A stretch of DNA of 64,000 bases, from the NCBI GenBank assembly GCA_964016885.1, contig OZ024742.1, forward strand, positions 338,706,001 to 338,770,000, given 5' to 3'. How positions within the stretch are numbered: the stretch's first letter is position 1; each line of letters starts with the position of its first letter. Below are positions 28,070 to 40,372 of this stretch, one piece after another. The position numbers and the translations under genes were made by a program. The notes below the pieces were generated by a model. The model saw only the letters and a program-made list of their open reading frames with translations, was not told the DNA's origin and ran no database searches. This DNA comes from Eledone cirrhosa (taxonomy: Eukaryota).

Positions 28070-31000
28070 ATATTTATATGATTTCACTACATATAAGAAC
28101 GCACCACATAACTCCTTGCTTGAAAACTTCGAGAAAGACCTTTTAACTTAATCAAACACCTCAAATTTAAGAAATATAAATCTAATTTTCAAAAGGATCT
28201 TGATTCTACCCTATTGGATCTAAAAAAATCTAACAAAATCCATATCCACTCTGACAAAACTGGAAATCTATACCACATGGATATTGATAATTACAATGAG
28301 TTCATTTATAAAGAACTCAGGAAAAATTATAAAAAAACAAATAATGCGGCACTTACCAATATCAACAACAAAACACACAACATAGTAAATAAACTCAATA
28401 TTGAAGATAGAACTGAACCTTTGGCACTGAAAAAACCACATTTTAACCTGAAAGATCACAAATCTAATTTTAACTCTAATTCTTCTATAAGACTTATATG
28501 CCCTTCCAAATCTGACATTGGCATCATTAGTAAACATTTTTTAGATAGAGTCATCCCACAATTAAGAAAACATATTAATTTACCACTCTGGGAAAACACA
28601 TCCCATGTAATTAACTGGTTTACTAATATTAGAAATAAATCATCTGCTTCATTTCTACAATTCGATATAGATGCTTATTATCCATCTATATCACCCATAC
28701 TCCTGAACAAAGCCTTGATATTTGCCAAAAATAGATCAAACTTAACTATGGATGACATTAATATTATCACGCACGCTAGACAACACTACTGTAATTTCAG
28801 AAGGAATACTGGACCAGAAATACATATAATAATCTATTCGACATTACTATGGGCTCTAGCGATTCTGCCCAAATTACCGATCTTGTGGGCCTCTTTCTTC
28901 TATTTAACATAAATGCTTTTCTTCTCCACCTTAAAGGTAGTTTATATCGTGATGACTGTCTTCTTCTTTCCACTAACCTTAGCCTATCAGAAATTGAAAA
29001 AAAAAAGAAACTTATTAGAACTTTCCTCAAAGACTATTATAGTCTCACTAGTACATTCGAAAACATAAGTAAAGTAGTTAATTTCCTTGATATAACTTTA
29101 GACTTATCTACGGGTATCTACCAACCTTACCATAAACCTAACCAAAACTTACATTACATACACTCAAAATCTAATCACCCTAAATCTATCCTTAAAAACC
29201 TAGCATATAATATCTCACTCAGAATTTCTAACCTTTCATCTAACCAAGATGTATTCGATAAAAATGCGACATTTTATAACGAAGCTTTAGCTAGAAGCGG
29301 CCACAAAAACAAATTAGTATATATACCTTGTACCAAAAATACTACAAACATACAACCCAATATTACCAACAAACACCAAATGAAATATACACACCTAAAT
29401 ACCACTCACACTATACCCAAAAATACCAACTTAAAACTTAATTTCTCTACCTCTTCTCACATACAATATAATAACTTTCAAAAAACCATTCATCCTAATA
29501 TTCCAATATATGTTAATAACATTACTAACAAAATTCCTAATAATCAGGCTAAAACACCTAAATCAGTGAATCTAACTAAAAATATGTGTAATAAAATCAC
29601 TAATACTAATTCTCTTAGTAAACATCAGGATACATCATATAATAATAAAAAACAGCATCGAAACCGTAATAGACGAGTTACTTGGTATAATGCTCCATTT
29701 AATCTACAAATTAAAGATAATATACCTAAAACATTTTTTACTATCCTAGAGAAAAACTTCCCGCCAAACCATAAATACAATCAAATTTTAAATAGATCAA
29801 CGGTCAAATTCTCCTACTCAACAATCAAAAATATACAACAAAATATAAGTGCCTACAATGCATATAAATGTAAAAAAACCATGAATATACCACCAACACA
29901 TCAAACTAACCATAATACTAAAATAAACCACAGCAAACCACCATCTCATTGACATACAAGTCGAGAAAATTCCACACCTAATTTGACTAACTCCCCTGAT
30001 ATAACATTCACGAAAGGTTGTAACTGTAGAAACAAAGCAAATTGCCCATTAAAAGGAAATTGCCTTATTAATAACATAGTATATAAATGTAAAATTAGCA
30101 CTAAGGACTCAACTTATTCATATATAGGAGCTACTTCTAACCAATTTAAAGTAAGATTTAATACCCACAAACACAGTTTTAAAAATGCCGCATTAGCTAA
30201 TACAACATCCTTAGCTGAAATAATTAATAATTTTAGAAAAAAGAATATCGATTATAACTTGACCTGGAGTGTGCTCAAAAAGGCCACCCCTTATCAAAAT
30301 AATAGATATGAATGTAGATTATGTTCCCAGGAACTTTTTGAAATAATGAAATCTAAGGATATCCTATTAAATAAGCGACAAGAATTAATTATATCATGTA
30401 ATCATAGAATTAGAAAAACTTTCAAATATTATAAACCTAATTAATATACACTTATATTTTACAAATTATTATAATACATTTTTTTAAAAAATTAGTTAAC
30501 CTATAATTAATATTCTACTACTAAGAACTGCATAATTTTATTTCCCTCTTACAGCTATCTTTTCCTAAAATTTATACCAATAAGTATACATATAAACTAT
30601 TTTAATTTCCTGTTATGAATCTAAATTCCTTATAATCTACATAAGTTTGTTACTTCTCACTAATACATTTACCCCCTCCCCCTGCAAAATTTTTTTCCTT
30701 CGTTTTTAACAACATTCTTTAATAACATCTAACTCTTATTTATCATATCTTTATGAATTAATATAAATTTATCCCTATAAATATACCTATCAATTAAATT
30801 AATTTAATTTCTTTTTATAGATCTATAGTCCTTATGTTTTAAATAAGATTGATATTTTTCACTAACACATTTATAGTAAAATTTTATTCTCCTTAGATTT
30901 TAATATTAGCATTATTCTTTAATAACATCAAATTTTCGTGTACCTTTCACCGGCTTGACCTATTTTCATCCCCAAAGTATTCTTTTCATTCAAAATACTC

Positions 31001-31450
31001 TTTCCATTCAAAACTGAAGTCTACATTCCTCTACCCCTAAATTAAATTTCTACTACTACTATTCTATCAATTTGACCACTTACTACTTTTCTATTGGTCA
31101 ATTCAAAACCTATTATATTAAATCTTTGTTGGTTTTTTTCAATAAACAAATATCATTATTTCTGAAGACAGCATATATATGTGTAGGTATGTAAATTCCC
31201 TCTGATAGTTTGAAAAACTTTTACATAGATCTATATGATATACATACCAACACACACATATATATCCTAGAAACGATCGTAAAATGATGAATTTTTTAAT
31301 ATAAGGAACTGTTTCTTTGTTTTTATTCATTGTTTTTATTAATTTATCTTGACTCTGTTTTCCTGTGTTTTTCATCGAAAAAATTTTGAATACATCTTCT
31401 CTTTTCATGATATTTGGATTACATTGAGTTCTTCATACGGATTGGACACT
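28070..31450 (+). mobile_element. Largely complete Penelope-like element (Hydra-clade-like): RT plus C-terminal GIY-YIG, one frameshift and one in-frame stop
   Basis: ORFs 28214-28912 (DKTGN, LKDHK, RLICPSKS, QFDIDAYYPSI), 28849-29952 (MGS, YRDD, NFLDITL, SNHP) and 29983-30444 (CNCR..CPL..C..IVYKC..YIGAT..CRLC..LNKR..CNHR). CTGAAGA..GAAAC at ~31162-31274. Confidence 0.9.
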
Positions 31451-31522
31451 ACCGTATATTTTGGTAGATTTATCTACACACACACACACACACATACACA
31501 CACACATATATATATATATATA

Positions 31523-31923
31523 TTTAGCAGCATAGGTATATAAATGTTATTGAGACACGAGTAACATAATAATGATGTCAACAGCAGAAATTAGAGATGG
31601 AATGTATGTTTATTTTTGTTGTAGCACAAATAATGTTTGTTAACTTGTATGGTTGAAGTTACACATAAAATGAGGTTACAAAAGGGAATGGGCCATTGTG
31701 CCGGAAAGCCGGCAGGCCAAAGTGCAAAATCTCACCGTCACATGTTGTACGTGTTGCTGGTTCGAAGTTCCGGGTGCGAGAGAGAGATTCTTCAAATCTT
31801 CGCGGGGAATTTCTCCCTCAGGGCACGTAGGGATACATCCTCCTCTACTGGCGCTGATTGGCTGAGCTGAGCCAAATCACGCACAGAGAATGTATGTGAG
31901 CCCGCGGAATGTAGGTCACTACA
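31523..31923 (-). mobile_element. Solo LTR related to the LTRs of 4037-6124
   Basis: Shares GATTGGCTGA(G/A)CTGAGCCAAA..GAGAATGTAT..GAATGTAGGTCACTACA and the same plus-strand TTTAG...CTACA termini. Confidence 0.65.
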
Positions 31924-31934
31924 TTTATATATAT

Positions 31935-32179
31935 ATTTGTAGTAAGGTTGCTTGGATGCGTCCATAGGCGGTATGCCGGTTGAGCACTCTATGTTCCTGC
32001 AGAACAGAGTATAATGATATGGAAAACGAAGAATCAGTGATGCATCGAAACACACTTGATTAACGTATTACAATTGTTTCTCCGGCGAACAATTGTAATA
32101 CGTTAATAAATTCTCCGGAGAAATAATTGTAATACGTTAATAAATTGTGTTTCGATGCATCACTGATTCTTCGTTTTCC

Positions 32180-32185
<6 letters not shown>
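31935..32185. mobile_element. Small foldback in (TA)n, probably a PLE pLTR remnant
   Basis: TATGGAAAACGAAGAATCAGTGATGCATCGAAACAC at ~32018 is mirrored at ~32147-32182. Confidence 0.55.
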
Positions 32186-32217
<32 letters not shown>

Positions 32218-32233
32218 CACATACAAACACATA

Positions 32234-32339
<106 letters not shown>

Positions 32340-32343
32340 CATG

Positions 32344-32376
<33 letters not shown>

Positions 32377-32959
32377 TCATTCATGTTATTTGATGAATTG
32401 GTAATTTTATAGTGTTCAACAATGATGTTTTGTTTTCATTTAACTCCTTAGACAATATCAGTACAATCGATAAATATTTCATGTTTATGCTGGGATATAT
32501 TAATTGAAGAGAGCTAAGCGTACATAAATACTTACCATTATACAAATATATTATATATATATCATAAAATCAATATATTTTCGCTGCAATATAGTAATGA
32601 TTAATTTAGTTGGTTTCTAAACTAACAATTTTGTGTCCATTTTGAAACTGATTTACTATAATGTATTTTCTTATAGTAAACATTTGAGCGACTTTTAAGT
32701 TTATTCATCAAGTAAATACCGATGTTATTTAGAAACAATCTAGCATTTACTTCTGTCAAAATTATTGCTTGGTTTATCACCACCATCTGGCTGTTGGTGT
32801 TTTTAGCGAAGTTAAGTCTGATGAAAATATTTGAATCGTGTTTTCAGATTGGGGAGAGCTTTGTCACTCGGATATTTCATTCTGTAAACAAGTAGCAAAA
32901 TCACCTCATCAGCCACCACCATCGAAATACACTTTCGTGAACATACATACATATATATA

Positions 32960-33671
32960 TGAAGGATATCTCTATGCAATACAGGAACAAGAAATCCCTA
33001 CCAAATATCTGCTACACAAAAGACCATCAGTCGACTATAAATGTAGGCTATGTAAAACAATGATCGAAGATGTTAGCCACATTGTTGCCATCTGCGAAAG
33101 AATGTCGTCTCGCTACTACCTTCCTATGAGACACGATGTGATAGCTAGAACCATCTGAAGCGCACTTAAAAAAACAAAATTAAAAACGAACGAGGAGGAA
33201 GATGTTGAGAAAGATGGCACTAAGGAATACTGGTGGAACCTGAAAATAAAAACTGCCACCAAATTAAAGCACAACCGGCCTGATATTGTTGTTTGGGACC
33301 ACACATTGAAAACGTGATGTGTTGTAGAGATCAGCTGCCCACTTGATGTCAATGTTGTAAGAAAAATACAGGAAAAGGAGGACATCTTTGCAGATCCAGT
33401 ATCCAAGATACACCTTCAGCTTCATACCCATCATTATTGGAGCTACAGATTATATACCAACCCGCTTGGACCAAAGTATAACTGAACTTGGATTTATGGA
33501 CAAAGAGCGCAGCTCCCTAATTCATAGACTACAAATGGCTGCGATAGCTGGCACCTTCAAAATTTGCAAAACATTCTTGCGATTCAAGGGATGATAATTT
33601 ATTTTCTTTTACAAACTTGCCACCAGGAAGGTGGCCGGTCAAAAATGTACTCGAAATTAAGAGAAAGAGAA
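32960..33671 (+). mobile_element. Second, divergent R4/Dong LINE 3' fragment
   Basis: EGYLYAIQEQEI, CRLC..H..C, RHDVIA, HNRPDIVVWD..EISCP. CATACATAC at both junctions. Confidence 0.85.
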
Positions 33672-34528
33672 ACATACATACATACTCGATTTCGAGTAAT
33701 GTTATTTCTTGATACTTAAGCATGGGCCACACAAAGGACTTGGCGTTTAGTCCTCCAAGGGATTTGCACACTCTTGCACAGAATGTCACATGTAAAGCAA
33801 TGGCTGTGCTTGAAGCTTTTTTAAGTGAGGAAAGGCTTTGTACGGGGCCAATCCCACTCTATGAACATCGAATGCATTTACCCCCAAAGTAGAACTGGTC
33901 TACATCATTGGATACAAACGAAACCGCAGGTTTTACATGAGAGTGACCTCCTCCCAGAGATATGTCTTAATGAAGACTAGCAGTCTCTCACCACACTGAC
34001 CCACTAAAAAAGAATATCAAGTTAAAAAGTAAAAAAAAAATCAAGGAATGAACTTAGAGTCACGTGATTGCAAAGAGAACACCTTAACGAGACTGTCTTC
34101 GGCTACAGATTTTGGTTCGATGGGTGCGTGGGTATGGGGTAGGAAGGGGTGGGAGGGTTACATCTGTCTTCAGGAAATGTATAAAGGTCTCCCAATTACA
34201 CACCACACCTAGTCTCATCTTATAAAACCAAAACCAATGCCATGTGCTTCGATGAAAAATCGATATTTAGCTTACAGATCATACCAGATCAGATCAGTGG
34301 TTGTGTGCTTCGATTAGATTAAAGCTAGGTGATGTACTGGCTGAACCCTCGAAATAACAACTATGTCACTTTGACTTATATAGATACAATCGAACTTCTA
34401 CAAACGAAGAAAATTATATCGACCACATTCTGCGTATAGATAAGTATGTATGTATGTATGTATGTATGTATGTATGTATGTATGTATGTATGTATGTATG
34501 TATGTATGTATGTATGTATGTATGTATG

Positions 34529-35141
34529 CAATCGGTCTATGTCAGGTCACCAGTTGGTGCTACTGGTAACATGTATCCCAGTACAACCTGTCTCATGGTC
34601 GGGTCGTTGGCGACTAAACTGGCAACCACACCAAGGTTTCTTGGTGAGGAGGGTGACTTTGGACATCCTGCAGGACTAAAAACAAAACCTGTCAAAGGGC
34701 AAAGGATCTCTTAAGAGTCAATGGCCATCCAAAATCACCGGGAGAGATGACCCCTTAGCCTTTGTCAAGGCAGAATTCTAGGAGAAGGAAAACTCTGATA
34801 TAACACCTGCAACCCTGATGGTATCCAATGATGTTGACTTGTTCTTCTTTTTGGTAAATATCATCTTGGTTAAGAGAGTGGGACTGGCTTTGTGTCTTTG
34901 CTCACTATAAAAGCTTCACAGCGCAGGCATTGCTTTATATCTGGAGATCTCTCTGCACTTGTCATCACATGGTACCATGGGCCCAGCACTATGTGTCAGT
35001 AATTGTCACAAGTGTAGTGTTTGCAAAAGAATTTTCAAGTCGCTGGCTGGACTAAAAAGTCACACCCATTCAGCGCATCGGTAGGGGTTCTACATGGATA
35101 TAAAGTAGTGGCCGTACTCGAAAACGAGTTGGCAGCCACCA
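34529..35141 (+). mobile_element. Non-autonomous RTE-related element, copy 3
   Basis: Reverse complement of 13123-13733. (TATG)n on both flanks. Confidence 0.88.
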
Positions 35142-35164
35142 TGTATGTATGATATGTATGTATG

Positions 35165-35958
35165 TTCTTCTGGTTTTATAATTTCACAAATTTTTTCTCA
35201 ATAAAGATAGTCGGTTTCTAACATGGACTAAATTATTTCACAGTGAAACAATTACGCCAACAAGCGACATTTGTTGAACGTAAAAATAAGATAAATATTA
35301 TTAATTGTAAGTCTCCCACAACAAACACGTGCTACAGGTCGCCATGCTACTAGATTTCCTAGCAGCCAGGTCGAACAGCGCCTTGAAACAACTATGCCTG
35401 TAAGAAACTTGACACCACCTGTACCGTCTAAGTCTACCTCGGATGCTGGGGAAAACACTATCGATAATAATAATAATCGAAAAAATTTGACACCACGTGT
35501 ACCATCCGAGTCTACCTCGACTGTTGTGGAAATTACTATCGATAATGATAATAATCAAAAGTATAAACAATTGAAAATTTCCTTCAACGAAATCTTCCAG
35601 AGAGAAATTAATTCATGTATAAATATCTCTCTTGCTGAACGTATTAAAACGACAATGTTTATTAAAAAAACAAATAATGAAATATTACGTGTTATTGACG
35701 AAATAGAAGATGAATATTTTGGCAAATCAACGCCTGTTTATATGCCTTAGCAACGACAGTGAAGCATTATCTTGGTGATAGCAGAGATATTATCAAGAAC
35801 AAAACACCACCAAAAATACCATCATATATAACTACAATAGAAAAAAAGAGTGCTGACCTGCGAAAAACCATAGGACATGTGACAATGCTCCTTACATGCA
35901 AACAAACACAAAAAACCTCACTCCTCACCAACAAAGAGTGAAAAATAAAATAGAGACG
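35165..35958. mobile_element. Rearranged R4/Dong copy: 3' terminus on minus (35165-35228) joined to an inverted N-terminal segment on plus (35237-35958)
   Basis: 35165-35228 is the reverse complement of ~14880-14944. 35237-35958 matches the reverse complement of ~7480-8665 without the two SINEs. Confidence 0.85.
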
Positions 35959-36204
35959 ATGTATGTATGTATGTATGTATGTATGTATGTATGTATGTAT
36001 GTATGTATGTATGTTATTTTTATTTTTTTAAATTTTTTTTTTCCTTCCCTTTTCTTTTCTTTTCTTTTCTTTTCCCTTCTTTTTTTTATGTTTTGATGCC
36101 GCTGTTATTGTTGTTGTAAATGTTCATTTCAGTTCATTCTGAAGCTGTTGTTGCTGTAAACATTAGTGCCGGTGTTGTTGTTGTAGATGTTGGGGTTGAA
36201 ATCT

Positions 36205-36835
36205 GGTCGTTTGGAGTGGTCACCTTGCCAGGATGAAGGATTCTAGAATACTAAAACAACTCTTCTATGGAGAGTTGGTTAAAGGAAAACGACCGCCACA
36301 TAAACCAAAAAAGAGGTATAAGGATTCCTTGAAAGCCTCTCCGAAAGACGCTAACATCTCTGCTGATACATGGGAAAATATTGCTGCTGATCGTAATAAA
36401 TGGAGAAAGACTGTATATGAGGGAAAAGTTGCCTTTGAGGCATCTCGAATCGCGCACGAGAAAGTAAAGCGGGATGTGAGGAAGGGCATTGCTGTTGCAC
36501 TTCCACACGGCGAGGGTCCTCCTATGGTGCTGACATGCAGCGTCTGTGCGAGACTCTGCCTAAGCAAAGCAGTACTCGAAAGTCATCTTCGCAGTCATAA
36601 AGTAAGACCAGTGGTTGACTACCAGGCTGCTGTTGGAGATGCTACTCATCATGCTTGCCAAACATGTGGTAGAGAATGTAAATCAGCAGGAGGGCTCAAG
36701 CGACATGCAAAAGTACACGAACTCCAACCACAGCCGACTATTCCCAGTGAATGTTTTGGTTGCCGACTCTGTGCAAGACATTGTAGATCATTGGCTGGGC
36801 TAAAAAGCCACATTCGATCGCAGCACTGTTAGTTG

Positions 36836-36879
<44 letters not shown>

Positions 36880-37099
36880 GCTTATGTGCGTGCGTGTGTG
36901 TGTATATATATATGAATATGTATATTATTATTGTTGTTGTCGTTATTATTATTATTGCTATTATTATTATTATTATTATTATTATTGTTATTAATGTACG
37001 TGTGTGTGTGTGTATATGTGTGTGTGTATGTGTATGTATGTGTGTATGTATACGTGTATGTATGTATATATATATATATATTTCTTTTTTTTATTTTTT

Positions 37100-37132
<33 letters not shown>

Positions 37133-37149
37133 TTATTTTATTTTATTTT

Positions 37150-37225
<76 letters not shown>

Positions 37226-37366
37226 TTTTTTTTTTTTCTTCTCGTGCAATGGCCATACTCGATAACGAGGGGGCAGCCATCATGTATGTATGTATGTATG
37301 TATGTATGTATGTATGTATGTATGTATGTATGTATGTATGTATGTATGTATGTATGTATGTATGTA
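36205..37366 (+). mobile_element. RTE LINE 3' fragment with three C2H2 zinc fingers, microsatellite-rich 3'UTR and (TATG)n tail
   Basis: ORF 36233-36832: KQLFYGEL..KRYKDSLK..WE..A.DR..WR; CSVC..H..H, CQTC..H..H, CRLC..H..H. Confidence 0.9.
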
Positions 37367-39152
37367 GGGTGCTTCTGGACCGTCTGCTGACACACATTGC
37401 AGATTGTGTTCTTCCTGAAAGTCAATCTGGTTTTCGTGCTGCACGCGGCACTACTGATATTATCTTCTCAGCTAGACAGCTCCAGGAGAAGTGCATGGAA
37501 CAAGGTTTGGATCTGTATCAGGTTTTTGTCGATCTGACAAAAGCTTTCGATACTGTTAACAGAAATGCATTATGGAAGGTTCTCCAGAAACTTGGTTGCC
37601 CTGATAAGTTCCTTGCTTTAGTTAGGTCTTTCCATGACGACATGAAGGCTTGGGTTAATGTCGGAGGTAACATGTCGGAGCCTATCTCAGTAAAAAATGG
37701 AGTGAAATGGGGATATTCCAGCACCAACCCTGTTTGCCATATACTTTGCAATGGTTTTCTGTATTGCATTCAGGAATTGCGAGCATGGTGTTTACATCCG
37801 ATATCGAACCTCAGGCAGCATATTTAACATCAGGCGCTTTGCTGCAAAGACAAAAGTATTTACATCAATCATAAAAGACCTCTTGTATGCAGATGATTGC
37901 CAACTTGTAGCGCACACAGAGAGTGATATGCAGCACATTTTGAATGCATTTTCTGACGCTTGCACTACCCTAGGATTGACTGTCAGTCTCAAGAAAACCG
38001 TCGTCATGTACCAACCTGCCTCTGGTAAGCAGTACAGTGAACCAAATATCTATGTTTATGGTAAACGACTTGGAGTGATTGATCAGTTTGTCTACCTGGG
38101 AGGCACTGTCAATCGATACAGCAACCTTGATAGTGAAATCTCACTTAGGATTAGGAAAGCAAGTGATGCTTTCGGAAAGATAGAAAGGCGACTCTGGGGT
38201 CGGCGAGAAGAAAAAGGTAAAGGTGTACAAGGCATGTATGCTCTCTTCTCTTCTTTATGCCTGCGAGACCTGGGTCACATATCGACAACGCCTTAAGCAA
38301 TTGGAGCGTTTCCATCAGATGTGTCTCAGACGGATCTATGGCGTTCATTGGAGGGACCACATCAGTGATATCGAGATTTTGGAAATCTCTATGTGTGACA
38401 GTATAGAAGCTCTTGTGCTTAAGCATCGACTCCGTTGGAGTGGTCACCTTGCCAGGATGAAGGATTCTAGAATACCAAAACAACTCTTTTATGGAGAGTT
38501 AGTTAAAGGAAAACGATCGCCACATAAACCAAAATAGAGGTATAAGGATTTCTTGAAAGCCTTTTTGAAAGACGCTAACATCTCTGCTGATACATGGGAA
38601 AATATTGCTGCTGATCGTAATAAATGGAGAAAGACTGAATATGAGGGAAAAGTTGCCCTTGAGGCATCTCGAATCGCATACGAGAAAGTAAAGCGGGATG
38701 TGAGGAAGGGCATTGCTGTTGCACTTCCAGACGGAGACGGTCCTCCTATGGTGCTGACATGCAGCGTCTGTGCGAGACTCTACCTAAGCAAAGCAGTACT
38801 CGAAAGTCATCTTCGCAGTCATAAAGTAAGACCAGTGGTTGACTACCAGGCTGCTGTTGGAGATGCTACTCATCATGCTTGCCAAGCATGTGGTAGAGAA
38901 TGTAAATCAGCAGGAGGGCTCAAACGACATGCAAAAGTACATGAACTCCAGCCACAGCCGGCTATTCCCAGTGAATGTTTTGGTTGCCGACTATGTGCAA
39001 GACATTTTAGATCATTGGCTGGGCTAAAAAGCCACATTCGATCGCAGCGCTGTTAGTTGCTATCGTGTGTGTGTGTGTATAGATATGTTTATGTGTGTGC
39101 GTGTGTGTGTGTATATATATGTATATTATTATTGTTGTTGTTGTCGTTATTA

Positions 39153-39208
<56 letters not shown>
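37367..39208 (+). mobile_element. Second RTE LINE copy (RT to zinc fingers, frameshifted); the 3'UTR resumes at ~46093-46220
   Basis: LPESQSGFR, FVDLTKAFDTV, LLYADD, FVYLG, LRWSGHLARM and the three C2H2 fingers. The terminal ATACTCGATAACGAGGGGGCAGCCATC appears only after the Tx1 block. Confidence 0.9.
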
Positions 39209-40372
39209 GGCGACCTACGTAGTAAATCGTATCATCGTGAGCTCCGCAAAGGTTTGTTATTTCCGTTTGTTAAAAATTGCCATTTATGGAAAATTTTATT
39301 GTTAACTGTTTATAAGCACACATACATTGTTTTCCGAAAAGGACACCCAAAAAGATTGGGGCCTTGTGCCCAAAATTTTAACTTTTATTATTATCAAAAA
39401 ATTTCTTTGAAAAAAAAATGGCTAATTCACCTCTGCACGAAGCAGCTGAAAGCCTTCCTCACAAAATAACACCTCACACCGACACCATCATTGTAAATGT
39501 TACTACGTTTGCCAACACAAAAAAAAAAAAAATATAAGCAGTAGCAATATTTTAAATTTGTCTCAGGCAGACATTCATTTCCCGCCATTACCAATGACTG
39601 CAGGTGTTAAAGCCTCCACCACCACCACCACCACCGCGACAACCCCCCCCCCCACCACCGCGACAACAGAAACAAAAGAAGAAAAAAATAAATTAACTCG
39701 TGATGTCGAAATGAAATCAAGCAAAATGGACTCTTCCCCACCAAAGACGACTGACATCACCACCACCACAACTGAAACTAAAATTAATATTAACACAAAT
39801 AACGATAGCAACAACAACAACAATGACATTATAAAACCGACCCTCAGTTTCGCCATAGTAGCAAAACAGTTCGAAGCATTTACGGTAACTCAGGATGATT
39901 TAGAAAATGCCAAACAAATGGTAAAGAAAGATGGGTACAGGGTCAGCCTCACCCCCCCACCTAATAAAATGGAGCATCAGCGCCTATGCACCGTGTCGTA
40001 TAGAACAATAAATGTAAAATCGTGCCGAGTGGAACGGGCATCCGAGTCCCAAATCCAAAAAGCTTTGGGACATGTGTGGGCAAAAAAAACCCACATCAGA
40101 CGTGGGCAAAAGTATAGAACCGTGGACGTGTTCTTTGAAACACCAGAGGAGGCTAGAGAACACTCCATGGCCCCATTAAGAAGTGACGACTTCACACTCG
40201 TCCCAAGCTATTGTGGCCAGAGACTCGTAAAGATCAGGGTGACCCACGTTCCACCGGCCATCGAAATTCCCTGGCTAATAGCAGCCGTCCTCGCCGGCAT
40301 CGAAGCCAACACAAAAATAATAGCAATAGCAAAAGAAAAGCAGGAGAACTGGTCCGGATCTGGGATGGAGCT
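39209..40372 (+). mobile_element. Tx1/L1-type LINE 5' part (5'UTR plus truncated ORF1 39558-40372)
   Basis: ORF1 is homologous to 44063-45862 (TVSYRT..RVERA.E.QIQKALG.VW..KTHI.RG.KY.TVDV). Starts right after (ATT)n. Confidence 0.85.

Noticed and set aside
29950-29952. In-frame TGA in the PLE ORF as possible selenocysteine or readthrough
   Set aside because: It lies in a low-complexity linker, not at a conserved Cys. The copy also has a frameshift, and no SECIS was recognised. The TGA at 19977 replaces a conserved Trp.
36233-36832. Host C2H2 zinc-finger transcription factor gene
   Set aside because: The fingers are fused to RTE C-terminal motifs and followed by the LINE 3'UTR and tail.
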